Part shown: piece after piece, positions 29,832 to 40,611 of the stretch | How the letters are laid out: every line of letters starts with the position of its first letter | Position numbering within the stretch: position 1 is the first letter of the stretch | Assembly: GCA_947632045.1 (NCBI GenBank) | Contig: CANRNQ010000005.1 | Location: 27,484-91,483, forward strand | Direction of reading: 5' to 3' | Length of the DNA: 64,000 nucleotides | Source of the DNA: an uncultured Clostridia bacterium | Lineage (GTDB): Bacteria > Bacillota > Clostridia > Oscillospirales > Acutalibacteraceae | The notes under the pieces: generated by a model | The model's database searches: none | What the model was told of the DNA's origin: nothing | What the model saw: the letters and a program-made list of their open reading frames with translations, nothing else | Translations under genes and position numbers: made by a program

Positions 29832-32765
29832 TCAATTTCCTTTATTTTTAGCCGAGCGCTGCTCGTCAATAGCAGCCAAAAGGCTTCTTATTCTGATTTT
29901 TACAGCGCCGAGATTTGTTATCTCGTCTATCTTTATCTGTGTGTATATCTTTCCCTCTGACTCAAGTATGCCCCTGACCTCGTCGGTGGTTATCGCGTCG
30001 ACTCCGCAGCCGAAGGAAACCAGCTGCACAAGGTTCATATCGTCCCTGCCCGCTATGTATTTGGCGGCGGCGTAAAGCCTTGAGTGATATGTCCACTGGT
30101 TCAACACGGTGGTTGGGAATTTCTTTACTCCGGTGCTTATGGAGTCCTCGGACACTATCGCCACCCCAAAGCTCGCTATCAGCTTGTCAATGCCCTTGTT
30201 TATCTCGGGATCGACATGATAGGGTCTTCCGGCAAGCACCACTATATCCCTGCCCTCGCGCTCCGCCTGCTCCATTATCTCCCTGCCCCGGTTTCTTATG
30301 CTCTGCATATGAAGGTCATAGGATAAATAAGCCTTTTTGGCGGCGGCGACGACCTCCTTAAGGCTGATACCGTCGAAATATTTTTTCAGCATCTTATGCG
30401 CCTTTTTCGGGAAATCCTTTCTGCGGTGTATGCCAAGGTACTCCTTGATGAAGGTGACCTTTTTTATATCCTTCATATTCGCGGCGATAACCTCGGGATA
30501 ATACGCGACTACCGGACAGTTGTAGTGGTTGTCGCCGAGCCCCTCGTCAAGATTATATGAAAGACAGGGATAAAATATTGTGTCTATTCCGCTGTCTATA
30601 AGGGTCTGAATGTGACCGTGTATAAGCTTTGCGGGGTAACACACCGTGTCCGACGGTATTGTCTGCTGGCCCTTTGCGTACAGCTTTCTGTCGGACACGG
30701 GCGAGGCCACGACCTCAAAGCCGAGCTCGGTGAAAAATCCGTGCCAAAACGGCAAAAGCTCATACATATTAAGCCCCATGGGTATACCTATTTTTCCGCG
30801 TCCGCCCTGCTCCTTGCGCAGAGGCTTGTATTCCTCGAGGCGCTTGAGCTTGTAATCATATATGTTTAACGACTCGTCGGGAGAGCGCTTGGTTATAGGC
30901 CTCTCACAGCGGTTTCCGCCGATGAAGCGCCTGCCGTCGGCAAATTTGTTCACCGTAAGGCGGCAATTATTCGTGCAAAGTCCGCAGGATACCACCTGTA
31001 TCTCGTGTTTAAAGCTTCCGAGCTTTTCCCTATCGAGTATGGCGCTCTTTTCTCCCTTGTCGCGCGACATAGCGTAAAGCGCCGCTCCGTAAGCTCCCAT
31101 AAGCCCCGAAATAGCCGGGCGAACCACCTCTGTATTCATTTCCTTTTCAAAGGCACGCAGCACCGCGTCGTTCAAAAAGGTGCCGCCCTGCACCACTATT
31201 CTCCTGCCGAGCTCATTTGGCGACGAGGCTCTTATGACCTTATAAAGCGCGTTCTTGACAACGCTTATCGAAAGCCCCGCCGATATATCCTCTATGGTCG
31301 CGCCGTCCTTTTGAGCCTGCTTTACCGAGCTGTTCATAAACACCGTGCATCTTGAGCCGAGATCCACGGGCTGCTTCGCAAAAAGCCCCAGCTTTGAAAA
31401 ATCGCCTATTGAATATCCGAGCGCGTTTGCAAAGGTCTGTAAAAACGAGCCGCAGCCCGATGAGCAAGCCTCGTTCAAAAAGAGGTTGTCTATTGCTCCG
31501 CCGCGTATCTTAAAGCACTTGATATCCTGTCCGCCGATGTCTATTACAAACTCGACGTCCGGCATAAATTTTTTCGCCGCCGTAAAGTGGGCTATCGTTT
31601 CAACTACCCCATGGTCATAGCAAAACGCGTTTTTGATTATCTCCTCGCCGTAGCCCGTTACAGCCGACGAGGCTATGTCTATATTTGGAGCAGCCTCATA
31701 AAGCTCCTCCAAAAACGCCTTGATAAGCGGAACGGGGTTTCCGCTGTTAGGCTGATATTTTGAGTATAAAAGCTCGCCGTCCTCGCCGAGGACAACGCTC
31801 TTAACGGTCGTTGAGCCGGCGTCGGTGCCGATGTAGACCCTACCCTTGTAGCCCTTAAGCTCGCCCCTTTCAACGGCGGCGGCAGCGTGCCGCTTTGAAA
31901 AGCGCTCGTATTCCTCTTTGCTTTCAAACAGGGGCTTGTTAAAGGCAAAATTTCCGCTGCCGCTGTAATTCTTTATGGCGGCTATCGTCTTGTCGAAGTC
32001 TATGCTTTTCTCGGCGCATAGCGCGGCTCCGCAGGCAACAAAATACAGCGAATTTTCAGGGCATATACCCTTTGTTTTCAGCACCATGTCAAAGCGCCTG
32101 CGCAGCCTGCTCATAAAGGTGAGCGGCCCGCCCAAGTATACAACCCTTCCGGCTATCTCGCGCCCCTGCGCAAGGCCCGCCACAGTCTGGTTCACCACCG
32201 CGGCAAAAATGCTCTCGGCTATATCGCTTTTTCTCGCCCCCTGGTTTAAAAGCGGCTGTATATCCGTTTTTGCAAAAACCCCGCAGCGGCTCGCTATTGT
32301 ATAGGTCTTTTCGCTTTGAGAGGCAAGCTCATCCATCTGCTCGAGCGGCACGTTTAAAAGCGTTGCCATCTGGTCTATAAACGCTCCCGTTCCGCCGGCG
32401 CACGAGCCGTTCATTCTTACCTCCATTCCTCCTGTGAGAAAGAGTATCTTCGCGTCCTCGCCGCCGAGCTCGATTATTACGTCCGTTCCCGGAATAAAGG
32501 TATTTGCTGCGACCCTTGTCGCGTAGACCTCTTGAACGAAATCTATGCCGCATTTATCGGCAACGCCCATACCTGCCGAGCCGGAAATTGCAAGCAGAGC
32601 GTTTTTGGCTCCGTCCACCTCGTTTTTGACGCGCTCGAGTATCTCAGCGATTTTTTCCGTAATCTGAGAATAGTGCCTTTCATAGGTGCTGTATTTTATT
32701 TCATTTTTGTCGTCCAAAACAACGCATTTAACCGTTGTCGAGCCTATATCCAAGCCTATGCGCAA
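29832..32765 (-). CDS. CoA-substrate-specific enzyme activase (two BadF/BcrA ATPase domains + DUF2229)
   Basis: GLDIGSTT, CAGGTG, RCGVFA, DAGSTT, CSSGCG; TTG start after GGAGG. Confidence 0.9.
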   Translation of the reverse strand: MRIGLDIGSTTVKCVVLDDKNEIKYSTYERHYSQITEKIAEILERVKNEVDGAKNALLAISGSAGMGVADKCGIDFVQEVYATRVAANTFIPGTDVIIELGGEDAKILFLTGGMEVRMNGSCAGGTGAFIDQMATLLNVPLEQMDELASQSEKTYTIASRCGVFAKTDIQPLLNQGARKSDIAESIFAAVVNQTVAGLAQGREIAGRVVYLGGPLTFMSRLRRRFDMVLKTKGICPENSLYFVACGAALCAEKSIDFDKTIAAIKNYSGSGNFAFNKPLFESKEEYERFSKRHAAAAVERGELKGYKGRVYIGTDAGSTTVKSVVLGEDGELLYSKYQPNSGNPVPLIKAFLEELYEAAPNIDIASSAVTGYGEEIIKNAFCYDHGVVETIAHFTAAKKFMPDVEFVIDIGGQDIKCFKIRGGAIDNLFLNEACSSGCGSFLQTFANALGYSIGDFSKLGLFAKQPVDLGSRCTVFMNSSVKQAQKDGATIEDISAGLSISVVKNALYKVIRASSPNELGRRIVVQGGTFLNDAVLRAFEKEMNTEVVRPAISGLMGAYGAALYAMSRDKGEKSAILDREKLGSFKHEIQVVSCGLCTNNCRLTVNKFADGRRFIGGNRCERPITKRSPDESLNIYDYKLKRLEEYKPLRKEQGGRGKIGIPMGLNMYELLPFWHGFFTELGFEVVASPVSDRKLYAKGQQTIPSDTVCYPAKLIHGHIQTLIDSGIDTIFYPCLSYNLDEGLGDNHYNCPVVAYYPEVIAANMKDIKKVTFIKEYLGIHRRKDFPKKAHKMLKKYFDGISLKEVVAAAKKAYLSYDLHMQSIRNRGREIMEQAEREGRDIVVLAGRPYHVDPEINKGIDKLIASFGVAIVSEDSISTGVKKFPTTVLNQWTYHSRLYAAAKYIAGRDDMNLVQLVSFGCGVDAITTDEVRGILESEGKIYTQIKIDEITNLGAVKIRIRSLLAAIDEQRSAKNKGN

Positions 32766-33006
32766 GGGTAACCCTCCTAAAACAATTCGCTCTGTTGTCA
32801 ACATTTCAATATATCATTATATTATAATCGCCGGGTTTTTTAATTCCTTTAACGCAATTTGTGCCCTTGGTAAATGTTAATAATTTGCTAATGGTAACGT
32901 CGCACAAAAAGGCGAACCGCCCTGCCAGCGGTTCGCTCTGTTAAAAAATATTTTTCGTTGTGCCTTTAAGTGCCGAGAAGTGAGTTTAAATCGGCGCGCA
33001 AGCTTT

Positions 33007-34407
33007 TTAGCCCCTGCGCCACTTTATCCCCTGAGGAGTGTCTTCGACTATGATGTTCCTTGCGTTGAGCTCATCGCGGATAGCGTCCGCGGTAGCCCAG
33101 TCCTTTTCCATTCTCGCCTTGGTCCTTTTCTCTATAAGAGCCTCTATCTCGGCGTCCTCGCCGTCGACCGGCGCGCCGCTCTCGTCAGCTCCGCCAAGAA
33201 GCGACAGCGACAGCACCCTGTCAAGCTCGCCTATGATATAACGCTTTTCCGCGTCGTTCAGCTCGGCTTTTAGCACGTCGTACAAGACCGTTATCGCCTG
33301 AGCCGTGTTCAAATCATTGTTCATAGCCTCGTTGAACGAGTCTATATAAGGCTTGCACCTCTCCACCGAAACCTCGCCCGACTCCGAGAGGGCCGATATT
33401 CTGTTTATCAGCTTGCCGTAAGCCTTCGCCGTGTTGTCAAGGCTCTCAAAGCTGAACGTGAGCGGCTTGCGGTAATGCGACTGCAAGCAGAACATACGGT
33501 ACACGAGCGGGTTATATCCCTTTTCCTCGAGCAGAGATACCGTGAGAAAGCCGCCCTTTGACTTGCTCATCTTGCCCCTTGCGTCGTTAAGGTGCAGCAC
33601 ATGGAACCAGTATTTGCACCACGGGTGGCCGAGGTAAGCCTCGCTCTGCGCTATTTCGTTCGTATGGTGCGGAAAAGCGTTGTCAACGCCGCCGCAGTGT
33701 ATGTCGAGATATTCTCCGAGATTTTTTATTGAAATGGCCGAGCACTCTATGTGCCAGCCCGGGTACCCGCTGCCCCAGGGGCTATCCCATTTAAGCTCCT
33801 GATCCTCAAACTTAGACTTTGTGAACCACAGCACAAAGTCCGCCTTATTTCTTTTGTTTAAATCCTCTTCGACGCTTTCCCTTACTCCTACCGCAAGATC
33901 CTCTTCGTTTTGATTGCCGAACACATAGTAGCAGTCGAGCTTTGAGGTGTCAAAATACACATTGCCGCCCGCAATATAGGCGTATCCCTTATCAAGCAGA
34001 ACGCTTATCATCTCTATGAAGGAGTCTATACAGCCGGTCGCAGGCTCGATTATATCGGGTCTTTTTATATTGAGCTTGTCGCAGTCGTCAAAAAATGCGT
34101 CCGTATAGAATTTTGCTATCTCAAGCACCGTCTTGTGCTCTCTCTTTGCACCGGCGAGCATTTTATCTTCGCCCGTGTCGCCGTCGCTCGACAAATGTCC
34201 AACGTCCGTTATATTCATCGCCCTTGTAACGTCGTAGCCGATAAAACGGAGCTGCTTTTCGAGAACGTCCTCCATTATGTATGTGCGCAGGTTCCCTATG
34301 TGCGCATAATGGTACACCGTCGGCCCGCAGGTATACATCTTTACCTTGCCCTGCTCGTGCGGCACGAACTCCTGCTTTGTCTGTCCAAGCGTGTTATATA
34401 GCTGCAT
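33007..34407 (-). CDS. cysS: Cysteine--tRNA ligase
   Basis: [23 protein letters not shown]. Confidence 0.97.
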   Translation of the reverse strand: MQLYNTLGQTKQEFVPHEQGKVKMYTCGPTVYHYAHIGNLRTYIMEDVLEKQLRFIGYDVTRAMNITDVGHLSSDGDTGEDKMLAGAKREHKTVLEIAKFYTDAFFDDCDKLNIKRPDIIEPATGCIDSFIEMISVLLDKGYAYIAGGNVYFDTSKLDCYYVFGNQNEEDLAVGVRESVEEDLNKRNKADFVLWFTKSKFEDQELKWDSPWGSGYPGWHIECSAISIKNLGEYLDIHCGGVDNAFPHHTNEIAQSEAYLGHPWCKYWFHVLHLNDARGKMSKSKGGFLTVSLLEEKGYNPLVYRMFCLQSHYRKPLTFSFESLDNTAKAYGKLINRISALSESGEVSVERCKPYIDSFNEAMNNDLNTAQAITVLYDVLKAELNDAEKRYIIGELDRVLSLSLLGGADESGAPVDGEDAEIEALIEKRTKARMEKDWATADAIRDELNARNIIVEDTPQGIKWRRG

Positions 34408-34490
34408 AATAAAGATCTTCCTCTCAATCCAAACTGTTTGTTTAATTTAGGCTCCGCACTGTAATAAATGGTTTAAAGCGGTTCGCCCAA

Positions 34491-35054
34491 TTATTTTATA
34501 AATGCTATGTTGTCCTTTATATATATCGCGCCGGAAACGACGGTCAGCACGACCGAGATCCATGTCACGACCTGAACGGTTATGTCTACTGCGGCGGCTC
34601 CGACAGCGCCGAGCGGCAAAGCGCTCAACAAATACTCAAGCAAAAGCGTTATTATTACAGCGGCTATCTGGCTTACGGTTTTCGCCTTGCCCCACATATT
34701 CGCGGCGACGACCTTTCCACCCGAGGCTGCGACAAGCCTTATCGATGTCACCGCAAATTCCCTGAACAAGACGATTATTATCGGAACGCAGCCGATATAG
34801 CCGAGCTGGACAAAGCAGAGGAAGGCCGATATCACGAGTATTTTATCCGCGAGGGGGTCTGCAAACTTGCCGAACGAGGTTATCTGGCCGTTTTTTCTCG
34901 CGAGCCTGCCGTCAAAATAATCCGTCAGCGAGGCGGCGCAGAAAATCACAGTCGCAATAAGAAGCCTGTGCGGAATAAAGTCGAGCAGAAGCGCCGCGAC
35001 TAAAAACGGCACGAGTATTATTCTTAATATTGTAAGCTTGTTTGGCGTGTTCAT
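34491..35054 (-). CDS. pgsA: CDP-diacylglycerol--glycerol-3-phosphate 3-phosphatidyltransferase
   Basis: PNKLT..R, DYFDG.LARK..FGKFADPLADK. Confidence 0.95.
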   Translation of the reverse strand: MNTPNKLTILRIILVPFLVAALLLDFIPHRLLIATVIFCAASLTDYFDGRLARKNGQITSFGKFADPLADKILVISAFLCFVQLGYIGCVPIIIVLFREFAVTSIRLVAASGGKVVAANMWGKAKTVSQIAAVIITLLLEYLLSALPLGAVGAAAVDITVQVVTWISVVLTVVSGAIYIKDNIAFIK

Positions 35055-35077
35055 TTGGCGTCACCGTTTTCTCTCTG

Positions 35078-36409
35078 TTATTGCTCCATTGTTCCTATCG
35101 GGTCGCAGCCGAGGCAGTCGTCTATCTTAACCTTGACAAACTCTCCCTCGCGCGGCTTTCGCCCGTCGGTCGTAAAAAAGACCTTGCCGTCAACGTCGGG
35201 AGAATCGGCGGCGCTCCTGCCGTAACAGCACTCCGCATAGCGGTCGTAGCCCTCAACGAGCACCTCTATCGTCTTCCCGATAAAGCTTCGGCTGTAATCG
35301 TACATTATACCCTGCTGCTGCTCCATTATTATGTCCTGACGGCGGATCTTAACGTCCTCGTCGATCTGGCCGTCCATCAGCGCGGCCGGAGTTCCCTCCT
35401 CGCGCGAATAGGCAAAGCAGCCGAGGCGCTCAAATTTCATTTCGTTCACAAAGTCAGAAAGCTCCTCAAAGTCGCTCTCGCTCTCGCCGGGAAATCCGGC
35501 TATGAGAGTCGTGCGCAAAACAACGCCCGGTATTCTGTCCCTTATTTTTTTGATGAGCGCTTCAAGCCACGTCCGGTCGCCGCGCCGGTTCATAGCCTTG
35601 AGCACTCCCGCGCTGCAATGCTGGAGCGGTATATCTATGTAATTAAGTATTTTATCATTTTCCGCGATAACGTCAAGCAAATCGTCTGTTATTCTGTCGG
35701 GATAGCAGTAAAGCAGCCTTATCCACTTTATCCCATCTATCTTTACAAGCTCCTTTAACAGCCTGTCAAGCGACGGCTTGCCGAATATATCCTCGCCGTA
35801 TCGCGTTGTGTCCTGAGCTATCACCACAAGCTCCTTGACTCCTCCTTGGGCGAGCTTCTTTGCCTCATCGACGATCGCGTCTATTTTTCTGCTGCGAAAG
35901 CGCCCTCTGATGCTCGGAATGGCACAGTATGAGCAGCGATTGTCACAGCCCTCGGAAATTTTCAGGTAGGCGCTGTAAAACGGGGTGCTTTGTATTCTTC
36001 CTCCCTCGAGCGGCAGGCAGAGCTTATCGGGAAAGGCCGTTTTCCTTTCTCCACTCAGCACCGCTTCAACCGTCCGCGCTATGTTCGCGTTGTCGCCTAT
36101 TCCGACCACAGCGTCCACCTCGTAAAGCTCCTTCATTACCTCCTCGCCGTATCTTTCGGCCAAGCAGCCGGTGACGATTATCGCCTTCAGCTTTCCCTCT
36201 TTTTTGAGCTGCGCAAGCTCGAGTATCTCGTCTATGCTCTCTTGCTTTGCCTGCTCTATAAAGCCGCAGGTGTTCACTATCGCAACGTCGGCAAGCGACG
36301 CTTCGTTCACTATCCGATAGCCCGCCTCGCGCAGGGTAAACAGCAGCATCTCCGCGTCGACCTGATTTTTCGCGCAGCCAAGGCTGACCATTCCTATCCT
36401 TGTCGGCAT
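35078..36409 (-). CDS. rimO: Ribosomal protein S12 methylthiotransferase
   Basis: SLGCAKN.VD, NTCGFI, EGCDNRCSYC radical-SAM motif, TRAM end; next to pgsA. Confidence 0.93.
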   Translation of the reverse strand: MPTRIGMVSLGCAKNQVDAEMLLFTLREAGYRIVNEASLADVAIVNTCGFIEQAKQESIDEILELAQLKKEGKLKAIIVTGCLAERYGEEVMKELYEVDAVVGIGDNANIARTVEAVLSGERKTAFPDKLCLPLEGGRIQSTPFYSAYLKISEGCDNRCSYCAIPSIRGRFRSRKIDAIVDEAKKLAQGGVKELVVIAQDTTRYGEDIFGKPSLDRLLKELVKIDGIKWIRLLYCYPDRITDDLLDVIAENDKILNYIDIPLQHCSAGVLKAMNRRGDRTWLEALIKKIRDRIPGVVLRTTLIAGFPGESESDFEELSDFVNEMKFERLGCFAYSREEGTPAALMDGQIDEDVKIRRQDIIMEQQQGIMYDYSRSFIGKTIEVLVEGYDRYAECCYGRSAADSPDVDGKVFFTTDGRKPREGEFVKVKIDDCLGCDPIGTMEQ

Positions 36410-36423
36410 TATAAGCGCCCTCC

Positions 36424-37035
36424 TTAATAATCCTCTTCGGCGTATTCCTCTAAAACGGACTGTATGTCGCTCCAGCGGTAGCCCATTCTTTGAAGCGCCG
36501 AAATCGTCTTTTTCAAGCCCTTTTCGTCGTTTAAATATCTCTCGTACTTCTTCTCAACAAGCGCGCGTATATTATCCCTCGGATCAAGCTCAAACTCGTC
36601 GAGCACCTCGTCGGCAAGGTCGCGGTCTATCCCCTTTTCAATCAGCTTTTGCCTTGCCGCCCTTATCGACAGCCTCTTTGTATTTATCAGCTTTTCCGCA
36701 TAATTGCGCGCAAAGCGCTCGTCGTCAACAAAGCCGAGCTCTACCATCTGTTCAACCGCATATTCCGCCGCCGACTCGCTCTGGGTGCGCCTTAGTCTTG
36801 AGAGCAGCTCCTTTTTCGAGTGATCCGAAAAGCCGAGCAGGTACAGCGCCTTTTCTTTTGCCCGGCGGCGCTCCGACTCGATTACAAGCTCGTGCAGCTC
36901 CTCGTCGCTAAGGCTCACTCCCTTGCGTATGCCCTCCTCTATAAGCGTTCTGCTGTCGAGAGTAAACGCGAGCTCGCCGTCTATGTAAAGGTCGCTTAGA
37001 TATTTTTTCTTTTTTACAACGCCTGTTACTATCAT
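36424..37035 (-). CDS. recX: Regulatory protein RecX
   Basis: GFVDDERFA, LIEKGI, LQRMGY; follows recA. Confidence 0.9.
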   Translation of the reverse strand: MIVTGVVKKKKYLSDLYIDGELAFTLDSRTLIEEGIRKGVSLSDEELHELVIESERRRAKEKALYLLGFSDHSKKELLSRLRRTQSESAAEYAVEQMVELGFVDDERFARNYAEKLINTKRLSIRAARQKLIEKGIDRDLADEVLDEFELDPRDNIRALVEKKYERYLNDEKGLKKTISALQRMGYRWSDIQSVLEEYAEEDY

Positions 37036-38258
37036 CAGTCTTCAACCAGAATATCTATATTTGCCTTTTTCGTGGATGCCGAATTTCCCTCGCCGGAGAA
37101 CCCTTGCCCTTCGGGCGTATCCTCAATCACGTCTTCAATCATCTCTTCCATCGTCTTGTAGGGATATTCTTCATCATCGTCGTCAGCGTCTGAGCCGCCA
37201 TTTTTCTTTGTCTTTGATTTTGACTTTTGCGGCCGCTTGTCGATTTTGCTTAAATTTTCGAGCAGCTTTTTCTCTATATTCTTTGAAAGCTCGATATCCT
37301 CCTCAAGGAGCTGCTTTACGTTGTCGCGCCCCTGGCCGAGCCTTGTGCCTTCAAAACTGAACCACGCGCCGCTCTTGTTTATAACGTCCGCCTCTGCCGC
37401 AAGGTCAAGAAGCTCGCCTGACCTTGATATGCCCTTGCCGTACATTATGTCAAACTCCGCCTCTTTGAACGGCGGGGCCACCTTATTCTTTACCACCTTG
37501 GCCTTTGTGCGCGAGCCTATTATTATGCCGCCGGATTTTAGAGCCTCTTTTTTGCGAATATCTATCCTCACCGACGAATAAAATTTCAGCGCTCTGCCGC
37601 CCGGGGTTACCTCCGGATTGCCATACACCACCCCGACCTTTTCACGGAGCTGGTTTATAAATATCGCAACGCAATTTGACTTTGATATAGCTCCGGCAAG
37701 CTTTCTCAGCGCCTGCGACATCAGCCTTGCCTGAACTCCGACGTGCGCGTCGCCCATATCGCCCTCTATTTCCTGCTTTGTAACGAGAGCCGCCACCGAG
37801 TCGAGCACTATAATGTCGATAGCGCCGGAGCGCACAAGCGCCTCGGTTATTTCAAGCGCCTGCTCGCCGGTGTCAGGCTGGGACACGAGCAGGGAGTCTA
37901 TATCGACCCCAAGCGCCTCGGCGTAAACTGGGTCGAGCGCGTGCTCCACGTCTATGAACGCTGCATTGCCGCCGTTTTTCTGACCCTCCGCTATACAGTG
38001 AAGCGAAAGGGTCGTCTTGCCGGACGACTCAGGCCCGAATATCTCTATTATCCTGCCCCTTGGCAGTCCGCCTATTCCCAGCGCTATATCGAGCGACAGG
38101 CTGCCTGTTGAGATGTGCTCAACATTTAACGAGTTGTTTTGGCCGAGTCGCATTATCGCGCCCTTGCCGTACTGCTTTTCAATTTGACTTAAAGCCGTTT
38201 CCAAGGCTTTTTGTTTTTTGTCTTCGCCCTTTACTTCTTGTTTTTTGCTTTCAGCCAT
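37035..38258 (-). CDS. recA: Recombinase RecA with long charged C-terminal tail
   Basis: [32 protein letters not shown]. Confidence 0.98.
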   Translation of the reverse strand: MAESKKQEVKGEDKKQKALETALSQIEKQYGKGAIMRLGQNNSLNVEHISTGSLSLDIALGIGGLPRGRIIEIFGPESSGKTTLSLHCIAEGQKNGGNAAFIDVEHALDPVYAEALGVDIDSLLVSQPDTGEQALEITEALVRSGAIDIIVLDSVAALVTKQEIEGDMGDAHVGVQARLMSQALRKLAGAISKSNCVAIFINQLREKVGVVYGNPEVTPGGRALKFYSSVRIDIRKKEALKSGGIIIGSRTKAKVVKNKVAPPFKEAEFDIMYGKGISRSGELLDLAAEADVINKSGAWFSFEGTRLGQGRDNVKQLLEEDIELSKNIEKKLLENLSKIDKRPQKSKSKTKKNGGSDADDDDEEYPYKTMEEMIEDVIEDTPEGQGFSGEGNSASTKKANIDILVED

Positions 38259-38348
38259 TGTAAAATACCTCCGATTATAATTATCCGATAAAGGCGGCCT
38301 TAAGCCACACCTGAGCGGTGGTTTTGGACGCCGTTTATTTGTAAGGTA

Positions 38349-38398
38349 ATTATACCTTATGCGGGTATAAAAATCAACAAACTTAGAACATCTTTTCG
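38349..38398 (-). promoter_or_regulatory. recA sigma-A promoter with adjacent LexA (Cheo) box
   Basis: TTGATT-17-TATAAT; CGAAAAGATGTTCT at 38385-38398 resembles CGAAC-N4-GTTC. Confidence 0.7.
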
Positions 38399-38432
38399 TT
38401 CTTAAGCAAGTTAAGAACGGTTTATCGGACAG

Positions 38433-39278
38433 TTATTTTTTGTATCCGTATATGCACCGTTTTATACCCTGAAAATCCGTTTTGCAGCCGATGTTATCAA
38501 GGCCGTTTTGCTTCATAAGATGTTTTACTTCGTCGTACTGTCCTTCGCCGAGCTCATAGCACAGCATACCGCCTCGCTTGAGCTTAGGCGCAAAGCCGTT
38601 TGTTATCGTTTTATAAAACAGATAACCGTCCTCTCCTCCGTCAAGCGCCGTTCTCGGCTCGTATTGCAGCTCCCTTTGCAGAGAGCTTATCACAGAGCTT
38701 TCGACATACGGCGGGTTTGAAATTATCAAATCAAGGGAATTGTCGGGGAATATATTAAAATCGCTCAGCACGTCCGCCCTTAGGGCTGTAACGTTTTTCG
38801 CGCCGTTGTGTATGATATTTTTTTCAAGATATGAATACGCCGCATCGTAAAGCTCGACCGCCGTCACCTCGCAGTCAAGCTCGCGCGCGAGCATTATCGC
38901 TATCGCTCCGGTGCCGGAGCAGAGGTCGGCTATTTTCAGACCTTTTCCGCCTTGCAGCCCCTCGATTGCAGCCGAAACAACGCAGGACGTGTCCTCGCGC
39001 GGTATCAGCACTCCCTCGCCCACATACAGTTCTATATCCATAAACTGCCATTTGCCGAGTATATATTGAAGCGGCTCGCCCTGCGCTCTTCTTTGCGCAA
39101 GGCTTAAAAGCCGCTCCTCACGGCTTTTGTCCGCCTGCTCTCCCCCGCGCATTATCAGTCCCGCGCGGTCGAGTGAAAACACGCTTTCAAAAAGACACAA
39201 CGCGTCAAAGGCAGGCGCGTCCGCACCCGCCCTTTCAAGTCCAGACTTGGTTTTTCTGTAAAGCTCGTTAAGCGTCAT
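38433..39278 (-). CDS. prmC: Release factor glutamine methyltransferase
   Basis: GEPLQYILG, VLIPR, DLCSGTG, SNPPY. Confidence 0.95.
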   Translation of the reverse strand: MTLNELYRKTKSGLERAGADAPAFDALCLFESVFSLDRAGLIMRGGEQADKSREERLLSLAQRRAQGEPLQYILGKWQFMDIELYVGEGVLIPREDTSCVVSAAIEGLQGGKGLKIADLCSGTGAIAIMLARELDCEVTAVELYDAAYSYLEKNIIHNGAKNVTALRADVLSDFNIFPDNSLDLIISNPPYVESSVISSLQRELQYEPRTALDGGEDGYLFYKTITNGFAPKLKRGGMLCYELGEGQYDEVKHLMKQNGLDNIGCKTDFQGIKRCIYGYKK

Positions 39279-40243
39279 TATTTCGTTACCAGATCCTCGC
39301 CGTTTTCCGGTATGACCGATTCCATCGCCTCTATCGCGACCTCGATCATCTTATCGTCCGGCTCTTTTGTCGTTATCCTCTGCGCCCAAAGTCCCGGCGC
39401 GGCTATGATTCTTGTCAGCTTATTGTCGTGCCTTCCGCACAGCTTTATCAGCTCGTACCCCACTCCGCAGGATATCGGCAGGAGGAGTATCTTTACCGCC
39501 GAACGCAGAAAGGGGTTTGCTATATGTATGAAAAGTCCGATTATTATTCCGACTATTATCATTATAACCATGAAGCTCGTTCCGCACCTCGGGTGGAAGC
39601 GTCTTTGCTTTCTCACGTTCTCGACCGTGAGCGGCAGCTCGTTTTCGTAGCAGAATATCGTCTTATGCTCCGCGCCGTGATACATAAACACCCTCTTCAT
39701 ATCTGACATTTGCGACACTACAACAATATACACAAGGAACAGCGCTATTCTCATAATTCCCTCTATGATGCTGCGCGCGAGCCAAGAGTCGTGAAACTGC
39801 GGCGAGATGTAGTTTGTAAGATCGAATATGGCGCTTGGCGCGACAAAGAACAGCAGTATTGCAAGGCCCACTCCCAAACCCGCCGCGAACGCCATCAATA
39901 TTTTCATAAATTTATCGCCGAGCTTTTCGTCTATCCATTTTTCGAGCCTTGACGGCTCCCCCTCTTCCTCCGGCACGCTCTCGATAGCCTTATCCGCCGA
40001 GAGCATCAGCGCCTTGTAGCTCAATCGCATTGAGTCGATCAGCCCGCCGAGACCTCTTATGAACGGCACCCGAAATATTTTATATTTCTGGGTAAGGCCG
40101 ACAAATTCAAGATCCTCCGTGTAGATCTCCTCGTCGCCCGTGCGAACGGCGACCGTTGTTTTTTTGGGGCCCCTCATCATTATTCCCTCTATAAGTGCGG
40201 AGCCGCCTATTGAGGTAATTCTTTTTGTATCGTATTTTGACAT
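39278..40243 (-). CDS. DUF1385 membrane protein
   Basis: GG.A.IEGIMMR, YHGAEHK, HPRCGTSF; typically next to prmC. Confidence 0.9.
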   Translation of the reverse strand: MSKYDTKRITSIGGSALIEGIMMRGPKKTTVAVRTGDEEIYTEDLEFVGLTQKYKIFRVPFIRGLGGLIDSMRLSYKALMLSADKAIESVPEEEGEPSRLEKWIDEKLGDKFMKILMAFAAGLGVGLAILLFFVAPSAIFDLTNYISPQFHDSWLARSIIEGIMRIALFLVYIVVVSQMSDMKRVFMYHGAEHKTIFCYENELPLTVENVRKQRRFHPRCGTSFMVIMIIVGIIIGLFIHIANPFLRSAVKILLLPISCGVGYELIKLCGRHDNKLTRIIAAPGLWAQRITTKEPDDKMIEVAIEAMESVIPENGEDLVTK

Positions 40244-40352
40244 ATTCTTTTCCTTCCCTAAAATATTTTAAATATAGGCGACCGTCGAAGGACGGTTTCC
40301 CTATGGCTTTGCGAAGGTCTTAACGGGACGGCCGAGCGCTCTGCGCGCATAC

Positions 40353-40536
40353 GGGGCGGCGACCAGGCGCGGCCGCAGGCCGCGCCGGAAAAAACGCGGC
40401 GGCGGGGCGAGTTTCACATTTGGCCCATTGCCTTATCAATCCTTTGCGCGCTGCCCTAAATTTATCGAGCCCCGGGGTCCGCCGCGTTTTTTGGGCAAAT
40501 TCCCGCCGCAGGCGGGAATTTGCAGGTCGCCGCCCC
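40353..40536. repeat. Nested inverted-doublet palindromic element, copy 2
   Basis: GGGGCGGCGACC / GGTCGCCGCCCC ends; AAAAAACGCGGCGG / CCGCCGCGTTTTTT inner IR; two GCA-loop hairpins. Confidence 0.85.
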
Positions 40537-40611
40537 AAGCTCAGCCTCCCGCTCAAAGCCCGAGGGAAACAAAAGCCTCGTCGCCGAACTCGGCCGTCCC
40601 CCCTCGCTTTC

